A program made the translations under genes and the position numbers. The notes under the pieces were generated by a model that worked only from the letters and a program-made list of their open reading frames with translations, was not told the origin of the DNA and made no database searches. From the NCBI GenBank assembly GCA_963693365.1, contig CAVNZM010000013.1, forward strand, positions 317,259 through 381,258: a DNA stretch of 64,000 bases, read 5' to 3'. Below are positions 24,067-34,593 of this stretch, piece after piece (positions within the stretch are counted from its first letter, which is position 1; each line of letters begins with the position of its first letter). This DNA comes from Amoebidium appalachense (taxonomy: Eukaryota > Protista > Ichthyosporea).

Positions 24067-25098
24067 TCACTTAAGAATAGAGGCGAATACACGTGTGGTG
24101 GTGGCAGCAATGGAGGCCGGACGAAGTCGGGTATAGATCAGGAAGCAGTCGGAGGACCACCGGCCGAGTTGTTTGATCCGGGAGTCGTCGACCCCGGCCT
24201 CAGCCAGTGCTGTGGCCCCCCCGATGCGGAGGCTGTGTCCGGCAAACCGGGAGGGTGAGAGGCCTGCCCGGGAGAGGAGGGCACGGAAATCGGCAGAGAA
24301 AGCACTCTTGGTGTAGGGGATGCCACCGAGACTGAAGAGGGGGTCGTCGGGTTGACCGGACGTTGTATCCAGGAACTGCCGGAGGAGATGGGCTGGGGAG
24401 AAGTGGGTGAGGGGCAGGGCAGCTAGGGTGACGTTGACACCTCGGGCCTGTACATCCGTCTTAGAGGTTGGCAGGTGGAGGGTGGCATGGGACAAAGTAC
24501 CGGTGGGGGTGTAGCTGAAGGTCACGTCCTTCCGTTTAACGTGACGGGACGGGTCGAAAGAAGTCAGGGTCTTGGAGGTAAATTCCCCTGAACGGAGGAG
24601 ACCACAGAAACCGACGATGAGGGCCGTCCATAGCCGGAGATTGGCCGAGGAGGCCTTGGTGGGGCACTGGCCATGGAGTAGGCGGAGGTGGGAGGGGAGG
24701 AGGGGTTCCCTGGTGGATGAGCGGGGTCGGATGTTGTGAGAAAGCTGCCATCGGCCTACCCCCCGTAGGAACCAGGCCAGAGACTTGTCGTGGGGGTAGG
24801 GAGCAGGGAGGCCCATGTCGAGGTGGAGCCTGGTGATGGCCGAATTGTAGCCGGTTAAGGAAGAGGCCTGTACCCCTCGTTGGGCACACCAGGCGAGAAA
24901 AAGTTGCACGGTGTGTGGGGAGGCCGGGAGGGAGGACCCGGAGGAGGATTGCAGCCGAGATGCCACACAGAAATCGATGAACACTTTTTGCACCCGGGAG
25001 TAAAAGGCCCGAGAGTCGAGGTTGAGACTCAGGGCCTGGCATTCCTGCAGGGTAGTGGTGGCTCGAAGCAGCTCGGCCGGAGCAAAGTGGGGGGCCAA
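24067..25098 (-). CDS. Ngaro tyrosine recombinase
   Basis: Catalytic motifs LLRSGEF (R), SKTD (K), GHSLRIGGAT (HxxR), LGRWSS, IYTR (Y). Confidence 0.93.
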   Translation of the reverse strand: MAPHFAPAELLRATTTLQECQALSLNLDSRAFYSRVQKVFIDFCVASRLQSSSGSSLPASPHTVQLFLAWCAQRGVQASSLTGYNSAITRLHLDMGLPAPYPHDKSLAWFLRGVGRWQLSHNIRPRSSTREPLLPSHLRLLHGQCPTKASSANLRLWTALIVGFCGLLRSGEFTSKTLTSFDPSRHVKRKDVTFSYTPTGTLSHATLHLPTSKTDVQARGVNVTLAALPLTHFSPAHLLRQFLDTTSGQPDDPLFSLGGIPYTKSAFSADFRALLSRAGLSPSRFAGHSLRIGGATALAEAGVDDSRIKQLGRWSSDCFLIYTRLRPASIAATTTRVFASILK

Positions 25099-25151
25099 TC
25101 TGCCAGTGTTGCTCCGGAACGGGAGATCTGGGGGGGGGGGGGGGGGGGGGG

Positions 25152-26805
25152 TTAGCCCAAGGGAAGGGATAGGAACTCGTGGACCCAGGAGGGGAAGGGG
25201 CAGGGCTCCGGTTGCAGGGAAGGTCGGAGTCGTCGGGCCCGGGGAAGTTGGTTACGAGAAATGGCATCGGCCAGATGGTTGAGGGGTCCTGGTAGGTAGG
25301 ATGCCTGTAACGTAAATTGGTATTGCATTTCCATGCGGGTGATGAACCGAATAAGTTTGGCCATCACGGGGTGGGGGGAAGACCGGGAGTGCAGGTCAGC
25401 CACAGCACCCGTGTTGTCGCATAAAATACGGACATGGTGGGTGGACCAGGAGGGGGCCCAGAGGGCCACGGCGGCTGCGATGGCCAGGAGTTCGATGACG
25501 GAAGAACCGAGTTTACCCTCATGAGCATAGAGGGCTTGGGTGGAGGGGGACCAGGGCATGAAGAACCATTGGTCGAGCCAGTGGCCACCTAGACCCACCG
25601 ATCCGGCAGCATCAGTGGCCAGGGTGGTGTATGTGGGGGGTGTGATGAGGTGCACCCCATTCCATGATGTGAGGAACTGGTGCCATTCGGCTATGTCGGC
25701 CCGGGCGGCAGCAGTCAGTCGTATGTGGTGGTGGCCGGCAAGGTGTGGGTGGGTCCGGAGAAGGGCCCATAGGCGCTGGGAGAAGGCCCTCCCGGGGGGA
25801 ACCAGCTGGGCACACCAGGTGAGTTTGCCGAGGAGGGACTGGAGGTCCCGAATGGTGATGGTGGGCTTTGGGTGGGAAGTGAGGTCGAGTAGGTCCGAGA
25901 GCTTGGAAGCCGGGATTCGTGCCTCCATGGCGATGGAGTCGAATTCGATACCGATGAAGACGACACGGGTAGCCGGGCCCTGCATCTTGTCTTCGGAGAT
26001 GGCAATGTGCAGCTCTCGGCAGAGTTGCAGGAAGGTGGATAGGTGACGTTGGCACTGCCGTTGTGTGGGGGCGACTATAATCCAGTCGTCTACGTAGTGG
26101 CGGATGAGGGTAATACCGTGCTGGTGTGCCAGCCACTGTAGGGTGGCCGCGATCCGTTCCCAGATGGCTGGGCTAGATTTCAGGCCGAAGGGCAGTCTGG
26201 TTTCAACGTAAAAATGCCCTTGCCATTTGAATGCCATTAAGTGGTGGTCTTCCGGTCGGATGGGCATGTGCCGGAAGGCAGCCTGCACATCTGCCACGGC
26301 CATGTAGCAGCCGGGGCCGGCGTCGAGAATGAGTTGGGTGACATCCCGGGCGCGAATGTACTGAAGTTGGTCGGGGTAGGTGATGCTGTCATTGACACTG
26401 CTACCCCCGGGGCCAGGAGAGGTGGTGGATTCGACGGTACTTGGGGGGGTTCCCTTTCTTGGTAACGGCGCCGATGGGGGAGGAACGGTGGACGGGAAAT
26501 TCGTCAAAGAATTGGGCCGGGGAGAGGGGGCCGCGCAGGTGGCCGAGGGCGACTTCTTTGGCAATATCCACCGTGATAGCGGCAGCTGCCTCCGGGGTGG
26601 TGGGTAGGTTGGGGCCCACCCGAGAGGTGGAGGGGCCGCGATAGCCGATGTCGACGCCGAATTCGACATCGTGGAGGAGTTGTGCGGCGAATGGTTGGTC
26701 CGGGTAGGAGGCCAGCAGTTCCCGGAGGCGGGATGTGTCAATGTGGTGCTGGGGCAGCGGGCGGGCCTCCGGGTCTGAGCCTCGGGGGAAGGGGGTGGTT
26801 AGCAA
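25152..26805 (-). CDS. Ngaro reverse transcriptase-RNase H (frameshift near 26410; 5' end separated from gag by the gypsy insertion)
   Basis: YRRIHHLSWP, SVNDSI, ADVQAAFR, LPFGLKSSP, YVDD, RNaseH ATDAAG, IELLAI, CDN, ADAISR. Confidence 0.9.
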
Positions 26806-26836
26806 GGGTGGTGTACCCTTGGGGAGATCCCGGCAG

Positions 26837-26904
<68 letters not shown>

Positions 26905-27683
26905 CAGGGCCCCGGGGGGTTAGAGTAGGGCAGCTGGGCCCAAGTGAGGGTTGGCAGGGAGGGCAGCGGGGCCCTGTGCAGGGGAATGTGCCCGAGCACG
27001 CGGGGGTGTGGGGGGGTGTAAACATCTGTACACGCCGTACATGTTTACTATTACGAATATACTGTACATATCATAGTGATCACGTAGATATTGTGTACAT
27101 ATGATCAGATCAATATCACACGCGACAGCCGCGGGCTGCGGCTCACGACTGAGCCGCGGCGCCGGCAATATGCAGTGGCCGTGCAGTCAGTATGAACCAA
27201 TAGAATTCGAGAACCGCTAGGATAGGAATGCAAGTCTCATCCACTACGGAGGCGACATCTATAGCTAAACGAACGGAACCAATAAGGAAATCAGACCCAG
27301 TTGCATAAACTTTGCCTAAACGGGCTTAAGTATTGACCAATCATTTGCCACAAAGTTATCCTTTTAGTTAGCTTCATGTTATTGGTGCACTGTGTGCACA
27401 TAAAGACGACCGCACTCTTCTGACTGGTCAGAAGTCACGAAGGCATCAATGCCACCCATCCAGATGATCCGGAACCTGGGGGCTATATAAACAAGCCGTC
27501 CCAGTACGGGGGATCACTCTGAACGAGCACATTAAATAGTAACCTGGCCGCGTGTGCCTTACTACCCGTTCTCTGTCTTTATTCTGATTCAGTTGTTCTC
27601 TGCCTTATCCCAACTAGTTCAACTGTTTACATTGGCGACCGCGCAGTTCCAGAATCTCACATCTTTCAAGAATCTCTTCAACC

Positions 27684-29624
27684 ATGGCGGGCGAATTTGA
27701 CGACTACCCTGTACTCTCGGACAATGAAAGCAAACTGACACGTGACACCAAGAAGCCTACCGCAGTCAAACCGCCGCTCCCAACGCAGAAGAAAGCCAAG
27801 ACTCCGGGGCAGGGCACAAAAACACTCCCCACCCCTCCCCCTACACAGCCTCGTGCTCCCCAGAAACCGAACACGATCACAAAACCCAACACACACACGA
27901 ACACAAAGGCAACTACGAAGTCCACTGGCAACGAACAAACGAAGCCCAACGAAAGCACGAAACCCAAAGACAAAACGAAGCGCAACGAACACACGAAAAC
28001 CAACGAACATACGAACACCAACGAACACACGAACACCAACAAACACACGAACGAACTTCAAGTAGCAACGAAGGAAAAAACGAAACAAGACCGGGACACT
28101 GCCACAGCTCTGGCAGAGGTGCGGGGCCGTGTTCTCTCCAAGTTCTATCGTATTGAAACTCTGAGACGTGCCATTCAAACTGCAATCGATGCTGGGCGGC
28201 CTGTGATGGACCTCGAAGCTGATGTCGCGCAGATTTACAGTGAGATTTCGCAGATGGAAGACACCACACTGTCTAGAATGTTGTGCACGTCCGCGAAATG
28301 GTCTGAGTTGGAGCGGGAAGCACAGTTGGTGGCTGAGGCACGTGTGAAAAATACGACGGTGCCCACCACCCCCCGTCCTCCCCCACCCACCACAGGCAAG
28401 AAGCCTTTGTCCCCGGTCCCATCTGGGTGCACTGATCCCAAGGTAATTGCACCTCCCGCACCCCCCACTAAATTTACATATAAGGATGTGCTTGCGCGCA
28501 CACTCAGCTACACTGATTCTGATGCTGAAAATGAAGAAAAACACGAACAAAGTTACGAAGACACACCCACAAACGAAAACGAACACATGACTGCGAAAGT
28601 GCATGAAGAAGATCACTTCGACCAGCCTAAAGCACCCGTATTTAACGAAATCCCCCTTGCAGGATCCCCTCTGGCGTCTGCAGGTGGACTGGCAGGCACG
28701 CCAAGTCGCCCGAGAGGCTCTGATGTCAGCACAGGCTCAGGAGGTAAGGCTGGGTCTATATTGAACAAGCACTTTGCAGAGCACGAAAAACTGTGGTTGC
28801 ACCCTCTCCGCCAGTTGCATGCATCCGAATACGGCCCCATCTTGGCTGCATTGAAACTACCAGAATACAAGGGTGACTTGCAGGATAAATGCACGGTGAT
28901 TGAATGGCTGCACGAATTTTCCCAGCAGATGTTTTGCATTGCAGGGGTCCCCCCCACACTTGCTGTTCGCTGGGCGGTGCAGTGCTTTCCTCTTGCTTCC
29001 CCCGCCCGTGTGTGGTACACGAATTTTACCAGGACACAGGGAGAACTCACGTTTGATGCATTTGCACATGCACTAGTTACGAAATTTCACGACCAGCGTG
29101 TGCAAGAGGCACTCAGTGCCGAATTAAATGCACTCAAACAAGGCAAGCAAAAGGTGGCCGAATTTGCAAGCAGGCATGCGCGTTTGTGGGCACGTGTGTA
29201 CCCCCTTAAGTCTGAGGCACACCAAATTTTGGATTTGTCTCACCGATTGGGTGGGGAAGACGAACAAGAATTTCGCAAATATCAACTCAGACAAACACGA
29301 AAAGAAGAAGAATTGACCCTGTCTGGAGTTGTTGCCTATCTCGCAGAAAAAGAAAGAGACAGGCACACACGAACCCCATCCACCATTCTAACACAGAAAC
29401 CCCCCACAAAACAGCAACCCGGTGGTGGATCTGGTGCCAGCGAGAAGCCGTCTATTTTTTCGCGCATGGGCACCACCCCCTGCAACCGTGGGTGCAAGTA
29501 CGGCAGCCACGCCGAAGGCAAGACGTGCCCGGCCCTCAAATTCGAATGCCACTCCTGCAAGCAGAAGGGGCACTTTGGGGGGTCACCAATTTGCCCCAAG
29601 TACGACCCCAACTTCAAAGTTTAA
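27684..29624 (+). CDS. gypsy Gag
   Basis: 646-aa ORF after the PBS; capsid-like ARVWY..LKQGKQKVAEFA; CHSCKQKGH..C knuckle; TNEH-type repeats near the N-terminus. Confidence 0.88.
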   Translation: MAGEFDDYPVLSDNESKLTRDTKKPTAVKPPLPTQKKAKTPGQGTKTLPTPPPTQPRAPQKPNTITKPNTHTNTKATTKSTGNEQTKPNESTKPKDKTKRNEHTKTNEHTNTNEHTNTNKHTNELQVATKEKTKQDRDTATALAEVRGRVLSKFYRIETLRRAIQTAIDAGRPVMDLEADVAQIYSEISQMEDTTLSRMLCTSAKWSELEREAQLVAEARVKNTTVPTTPRPPPPTTGKKPLSPVPSGCTDPKVIAPPAPPTKFTYKDVLARTLSYTDSDAENEEKHEQSYEDTPTNENEHMTAKVHEEDHFDQPKAPVFNEIPLAGSPLASAGGLAGTPSRPRGSDVSTGSGGKAGSILNKHFAEHEKLWLHPLRQLHASEYGPILAALKLPEYKGDLQDKCTVIEWLHEFSQQMFCIAGVPPTLAVRWAVQCFPLASPARVWYTNFTRTQGELTFDAFAHALVTKFHDQRVQEALSAELNALKQGKQKVAEFASRHARLWARVYPLKSEAHQILDLSHRLGGEDEQEFRKYQLRQTRKEEELTLSGVVAYLAEKERDRHTRTPSTILTQKPPTKQQPGGGSGASEKPSIFSRMGTTPCNRGCKYGSHAEGKTCPALKFECHSCKQKGHFGGSPICPKYDPNFKV

Positions 29625-29691
29625 GAAGGGAACCCGCAAGGCAGAGATTGAGGCTAATCGGGCCAAGTTCAAGAGAGCACGTGTAGAATAG

Positions 29692-32600
29692 GAAGGCGGG
29701 CAAGGGACTGGTCTCTCCCCAGTAGAACATAATGTATTTGATTTAATAGCAGAGCTGGAACTGTGTTCCCCTCTGGCAGATAAATTGCAAAATAAATCTA
29801 CTGGTGCGGAAATTTCTGTTGTCTCGGAGCCCTCCCACGAATCTGCATGTGCCCCACCCCCCCACGAACAGTTACCCCCGTGTACTGACCCCCCCATGCA
29901 CACGCACACCCCGCCCCCGCGCAAAAAGAAAAATGTGCATTTTGCTGACCGTGTGCACTCCTCCATTGCAGAACCACGGCATGAAAATGCCACTGTGTGC
30001 ACATTAACCCACGAAAATAAATGCACAGCCACACTTGCGCGAATGTATGTGCATGGGAAGCTAGTCACAGTAGTTGTCGACTCTGGTGCTAGCCATAGCT
30101 GTATAAGCACAGCATTTTACGAATCTCTCCCTGTAGTGGCAAGAAAACGAATTCAGCATGTTCCTAATTTTAGTGTACTGGATGCACAAAGTAACGAAAT
30201 GACATGCCAAGGAAGTATATCTCTCACTCTCGCCATTCCCAACGAATCTGCTCTAGTGGTGCCCAGATGGCATGTGATTGATAATCTACCATATGATGCC
30301 TTATTAGGTGTTGATTTCATGGGGCCACAACAGGGACGAATTGATTACGGTGCTGCAGAACTTTCGTTCATGTATGCTAAGGGAAATCGCAGGTGCAGTA
30401 TTCCGGTGTGGTGGTTGCGTGGGAGTGCGGAGGAGACAGCTGTTTCTCGCGTATTAATTACCACCACAGGTATTCACCTCCCGGTAGATGCGTCAAATAT
30501 CGCAACGTGTAAAATAAAACTCGCTGCCGGCGCACCACCACCACGAACTTTAGACTGTTGTATGGGCACAGTGGTTCCATGTGGTCCACTTAATTCACGG
30601 GCTTACACAACAGCATGCAGTGTCACCAGTTTAGCTCGAATTTCGAATAACGAACCCCCCCTCTCCACTAGCGAAGAAAGTGTGATCGAGGACGAATACG
30701 AATGCAAGGTGTTGTTGACTAACACATCGGACCATCATGTGTACCTAGGCCCTGGTACGGAGGTGGCCATGTTTATTCCCTTGCAATCAGATGACACTGT
30801 TACTCTTTTAGCACGTCCACACTCCGGTAATGGAACCAGGAGGGCGACAACCCCACACCCTGGCCATCCATTAGGTACCTCTGCTAAAACGAACTTTTCT
30901 TCGCAGGAATCAACCGAAGAACCCACCGAACACGAACCACACACTTTCCAGGCGGCTACTAATATTAACGGTAGTATTAAGGTGTGTGAACGGAGTAAAA
31001 TTATGAATATGAGTACGAAAGAGAACACCACACAGCGCAGTTCCACGAAAATGAATGGTTTTGGTAATCCAGCACGAACAAAACCAGAGGTAGGGCCACC
31101 TACTATCGAAGCAGCAGATGGGGCACCATCTACCACTGCACTGGAGGATACGAATAATTTACGAAAGCGTACGCACGAATGTACCTCCGACGGGGAAGCC
31201 GCCACAGACGACGACTTGCCTTTTGGGGTCAAACCTCCAGAAGAATACGACATGCCTGGAACTCCCCCAGACCAACGGAAACCGTTGGCGAAACGGATAC
31301 GAAAACTGCTTAAGAAATGGAAGCATGTGTTCTCTGCACACGACAACGACTTTGGTTTGAGTACCTTAAACGAACTGTCGATCGAAGTAACTACCACCAT
31401 ACCACAGTACCGCAGGCCCTATAACATCCCACATCACCTTCGCGATAGCCTACACAAACAAATTCAAAATTGGGTAGAGTTTGGAGTGATTGAGCCTGCG
31501 TCCAGCCCTTACTCCGCTCCGATGGTGTTGGTGGCGAAAAAGGACGGGTCTTTAAGAGTCTGCATTGATTTTAGAATGCTGAACTTGATTACGAAGAAAG
31601 ACGGTTACCCTTTACCACGAATTGACATGGCTCTGGGTATGCTCAGAGGTGCCCGCGTGTTTTCCGCACTTGATTTAAACGGTGGTTACCACCAAGTCAA
31701 AGTAGCCGATAACGACAAAGAAAAACTTGCATTTACCACCCCCTGGGGGCAGTATCAATTCGCACGCGCACCTTTTGGAGTAAGTAACATGCCTGCTGTC
31801 TTTTCAAGGATGATGAACCGTGTATTCGCTGGTATGCTGTGGACACATGTACTCATATATCTCGATGATATATTAGTTATGTCACCCACTATCGAAGAAC
31901 ATTTTGGGCATTTAGATTCATGTTTTTCCCGGCTCTGTGATGCAGGATTAAAACTGAAAGGCAGAAAATGCTCTTTGTTCATGGAAGAAGTTGGCTATTT
32001 AGGCCATCGCGTATGCCCGGATGGTATTAAGGTAGACCCAGAAAAAGTGGCAGCAATAAAGAATAAAAGCTACCCACAAAATTTATCTGAGCTACGAAGT
32101 GACCTCGGGTTATTTTCATATTATCGAATATTTGTGGACGATTTCAGCCATACGGCTGAACCACTCACGCGAATGCTGGGCACCTCGAAGGAGGATTCAG
32201 AATTACTAAAACGAATTCACGCAAAAATGCCCCCCTCTACGAAACCCGCCAAACGCAACGGCAGCGCAAAACAACGAAAAGACGAAGCAAAAAATTTGCA
32301 CGCCGATTCTGCAGCTATTTTGGCCACGAAAAAGAAAGCACAGAAAAATGCTGCATGGGTGTGGGGTACGGAACAGGAGAAAGCATACGATACCCTTAAG
32401 AATGCGTTAATTAATGCACCTGTGCTTGCTCACCCCGATTTCACCAAACCTTTTATTGTTGACTCAGATGCTTCACAGTATGCTCTGGGCGCAGTGATTT
32501 CGCAGGTAGGTGATGACGGCAAAGAACGACCCATAGCTTATGCTAGCAGAACACTCTCTAAGAGTGAACGAAATTATGCGGCGAATAAAAGGGAAGCCTT

Positions 32601-34593
32601 AGGTGTGTATTGGGCTGTGTGCAAAGCATTTCGCGCTTACACCTATGGGGCTCCTTTCTTGTTACGAACCGACCACTCCAGCTTGACGCGCATTCTGTCT
32701 ACCGGCGATGCACCGGAACCTGTTGTTGCAGGCTGGCAAATGGCGCTTTCCGCATACACATACGAAATTCAGCACAGGGCGGGCAAACACCACAGCAATG
32801 CTGATGGACTCTCTCGGCCATCTAAAGAAAATGCGCAACCAGGACCCGAAGATACTGAGCTGACATACCCCTCACTGATCGGCACAGTCTCGGGCTCGTC
32901 CACGGTGTTTGCGGTAACACGCTCCGCCGCAGCGACAGCGCAGGCACAAGCTGCCACCCACCCACCCCCAGCTGAACCCACGAAACCTAATACCACGCCG
33001 CCAGAATTTATTCCCCCAAAAGCGGATGGACGAATGCCCACCTATGAACAGTATGTGTCAGCACAGAAGGCTGATAAACACATTGCGAAAGTCAGGGCCT
33101 ACCTGGAAAAAGCACCGGGCTACGAATTATTTGGCAACGAAATCGCGATGGAAGCTAGTCGCTGCACCATAGACAATGACCTTGTGTATGTGTGGGTCCT
33201 AGAACAGCGTGGCCCCCGCAAACCCAGCAAGGAACCACGAATTTGGGTGCCGTCTACGCTTGTGCGCCTCGTTTTGGCCGCATGTCACGACGCCCCAACC
33301 GCAGGTCACCTCGACGCAGCACGCACCTTCCACCGTGTTACCCAGATAGCATGGTGGCCACGTGTATGGCAAGACTCGGTGCAGTGGGTAACCACATGCA
33401 AAGCCTGTCAATACCGGAAGACACCCCGAATGCAAAAGAAACTACGAATTCACGATGGTTTTATCCCCACCTATCCCTTTCAATACGTGTCTATGGACAT
33501 TACTGAGATGCCTACGAAATCTGATCTCAGAGTTTCCCTGTTGGTGTTTCTCGACCTCTTCACTCGCTGGCCGGAAGTGATTTTATTTCACAAAACACCC
33601 ACAGCCGAAGATGTGGCAAAGGCATTCGAAGACTCCATCTACTGCCGTCACGGTCGTCCGGAATTTTTAGTATCAGACAACGGCGCGAATTTGGCAGCTA
33701 TGTTGGTCACAGATGTCTGTCGAGTGTTGGCTACAAAACGAATTTTTGCAAGTCCCTACAGCCCCCAGACCAATGGTGCCGTAGAGCGATTCAATCGCAC
33801 ACTTAAGAATATTCTTGCCACTCTCGTGCAGGATAAACACCACGAATGGATTGACTACTTACCGCAAGTACTGTTTTCCTACCGCACCGCCTACCACTCT
33901 TCCTTGGGGGACACGCCATTCTTCATGCTTTATGGCAGAGATCCGGTCGAGCCCCCCCGCCCCCCAATTGCGGCTTCATGTGGGATGGAGACGGAGGAAT
34001 ACCGTCGAGAACTACTGCAACGAGTGCAGTATGCCCGGCAAACAGTCACACGAATTATGTCTGAAGCTGCCCGTCGTAGTAAAATCACGGCTAACAAAAA
34101 TGCTCGTGAACCCACAGAACTCGAGGGTCTGGTGTTGAAAGCAGTCACAGACTCCACCACCGACCACAGTCTACCCACGGCACTCAGACCTAAATGGGAA
34201 GGTCCGTATCGCGTCCTGCGGCGCGTTACCGACGCCCCCATGTCTTACGAAATTCAGCGGGTTGGGTCAACGGACACCGTTCGAGCACACGCACGTCACT
34301 TGAAGCCGTATTTTCCCCGTGACGACGTTGATATGACGCCAGCCGACTCTGGTCCGCAAGATTCACCCACCCCCACCTTCGAAGTGGCAAAAATTATTGC
34401 CCACAAGTACGACTCGGCAACTGCCCAAGCCCTTTACAAAGTTCGTTGGAAAGGGTACACGGCTAAGAACGACACCTGGGAACCTCACTCCGGCCTGCAA
34501 GACACAGCCGCAGGAGCACTCACAGACTACCTAGGTACTTTGGTGGCCGGCCCTGCCAGCCAGCCCGCACGAAAGAAGCGCCGACGTCGCTAA
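29692..34593 (+). CDS. gypsy Pol (protease, RT, RNase H, integrase, chromodomain)
   Basis: VVDSGASHS, LRVCIDFRMLN, YLDD, DSDAS, HDAPTAGH..CKAC, SDNG..NGAVERFN, WEGPY, chromodomain FEVAKII..YKVRWKGY..DTWEP. The frame is open from the TAG at 29689-29691. Confidence 0.95.
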   Translation, partial: EGGQGTGLSPVEHNVFDLIAELELCSPLADKLQNKSTGAEISVVSEPSHESACAPPPHEQLPPCTDPPMHTHTPPPRKKKNVHFADRVHSSIAEPRHENATVCTLTHENKCTATLARMYVHGKLVTVVVDSGASHSCISTAFYESLPVVARKRIQHVPNFSVLDAQSNEMTCQGSISLTLAIPNESALVVPRWHVIDNLPYDALLGVDFMGPQQGRIDYGAAELSFMYAKGNRRCSIPVWWLRGSAEETAVSRVLITTTGIHLPVDASNIATCKIKLAAGAPPPRTLDCCMGTVVPCGPLNSRAYTTACSVTSLARISNNEPPLSTSEESVIEDEYECKVLLTNTSDHHVYLGPGTEVAMFIPLQSDDTVTLLARPHSGNGTRRATTPHPGHPLGTSAKTNFSSQESTEEPTEHEPHTFQAATNINGSIKVCERSKIMNMSTKENTTQRSSTKMNGFGNPARTKPEVGPPTIEAADGAPSTTALEDTNNLRKRTHECTSDGEAATDDDLPFGVKPPEEYDMPGTPPDQRKPLAKRIRKLLKKWKHVFSAHDNDFGLSTLNELSIEVTTTIPQYRRPYNIPHHLRDSLHKQIQNWVEFGVIEPASSPYSAPMVLVAKKDGSLRVCIDFRMLNLITKKDGYPLPRIDMALGMLRGARVFSALDLNGGYHQVKVADNDKEKLAFTTPWGQYQFARAPFGVSNMPAVFSRMMNRVFAGMLWTHVLIYLDDILVMSPTIEEHFGHLDSCFSRLCDAGLKLKGRKCSLFMEEVGYLGHRVCPDGIKVDPEKVAAIKNKSYPQNLSELRSDLGLFSYYRIFVDDFSHTAEPLTRMLGTSKEDSELLKRIHAKMPPSTKPAKRNGSAKQRKDEAKNLHADSAAILATKKKAQKNAAWVWGTEQEKAYDTLKNALINAPVLAHPDFTKPFIVDSDASQYALGAVISQVGDDGKERPIAYASRTLSKSERNYAANKREALGVYWAVCKAFRAYTYGAPFLLRTDHSSLTRILSTGDAPEPVVAGWQMALSAYTYEIQHRAGKHHSNADGLSRPSKENAQPGPEDTELTYPSLIGTVSGSSTVFAVTRSAAATAQAQAATHPPPAEPTKPNTTPPEFIPPKADGRMPTYEQYVSAQKADKHIAKVRAYLEKAPGYELFGNEIAMEASRCTIDNDLVYVWVLEQRGPRKPSKEPRIWVPSTLVRLVLAACHDAPTAGHLDAARTFHRVTQIAWWPRVWQDSVQWVTTCKACQYRKTPRMQKKLRIHDGFIPTYPFQYVSMDITEMPTKSDLRVSLLVFLDLFTRWPEVILFHKTPTAEDVAKAFEDSIYCRHGRPEFLVSDNGANLAAMLVTDVCRVLATKRIFASPYSPQTNGAVERFNRTLKNILATLVQDKHHEWIDYLPQVLFSYRTAYHSSLGDTPFFMLYGRDPVEPPRPPIAASCGMETEEYRRELLQRVQYARQTVTRIMSEAARRSKITANKNAREPTELEGLVLKAVTDSTTDHSLPTALRPKWEGPYRVLRRVTDAPMSYEIQRVGSTDTVRAHARHLKPYFPRDDVDMTPADSGPQDSPTPTFEVAKIIAHKYDSATAQALYKVRWKGYTAKNDTWEPHSGLQDTAAGALTDYLGTLVAGPASQPARKKRRRR

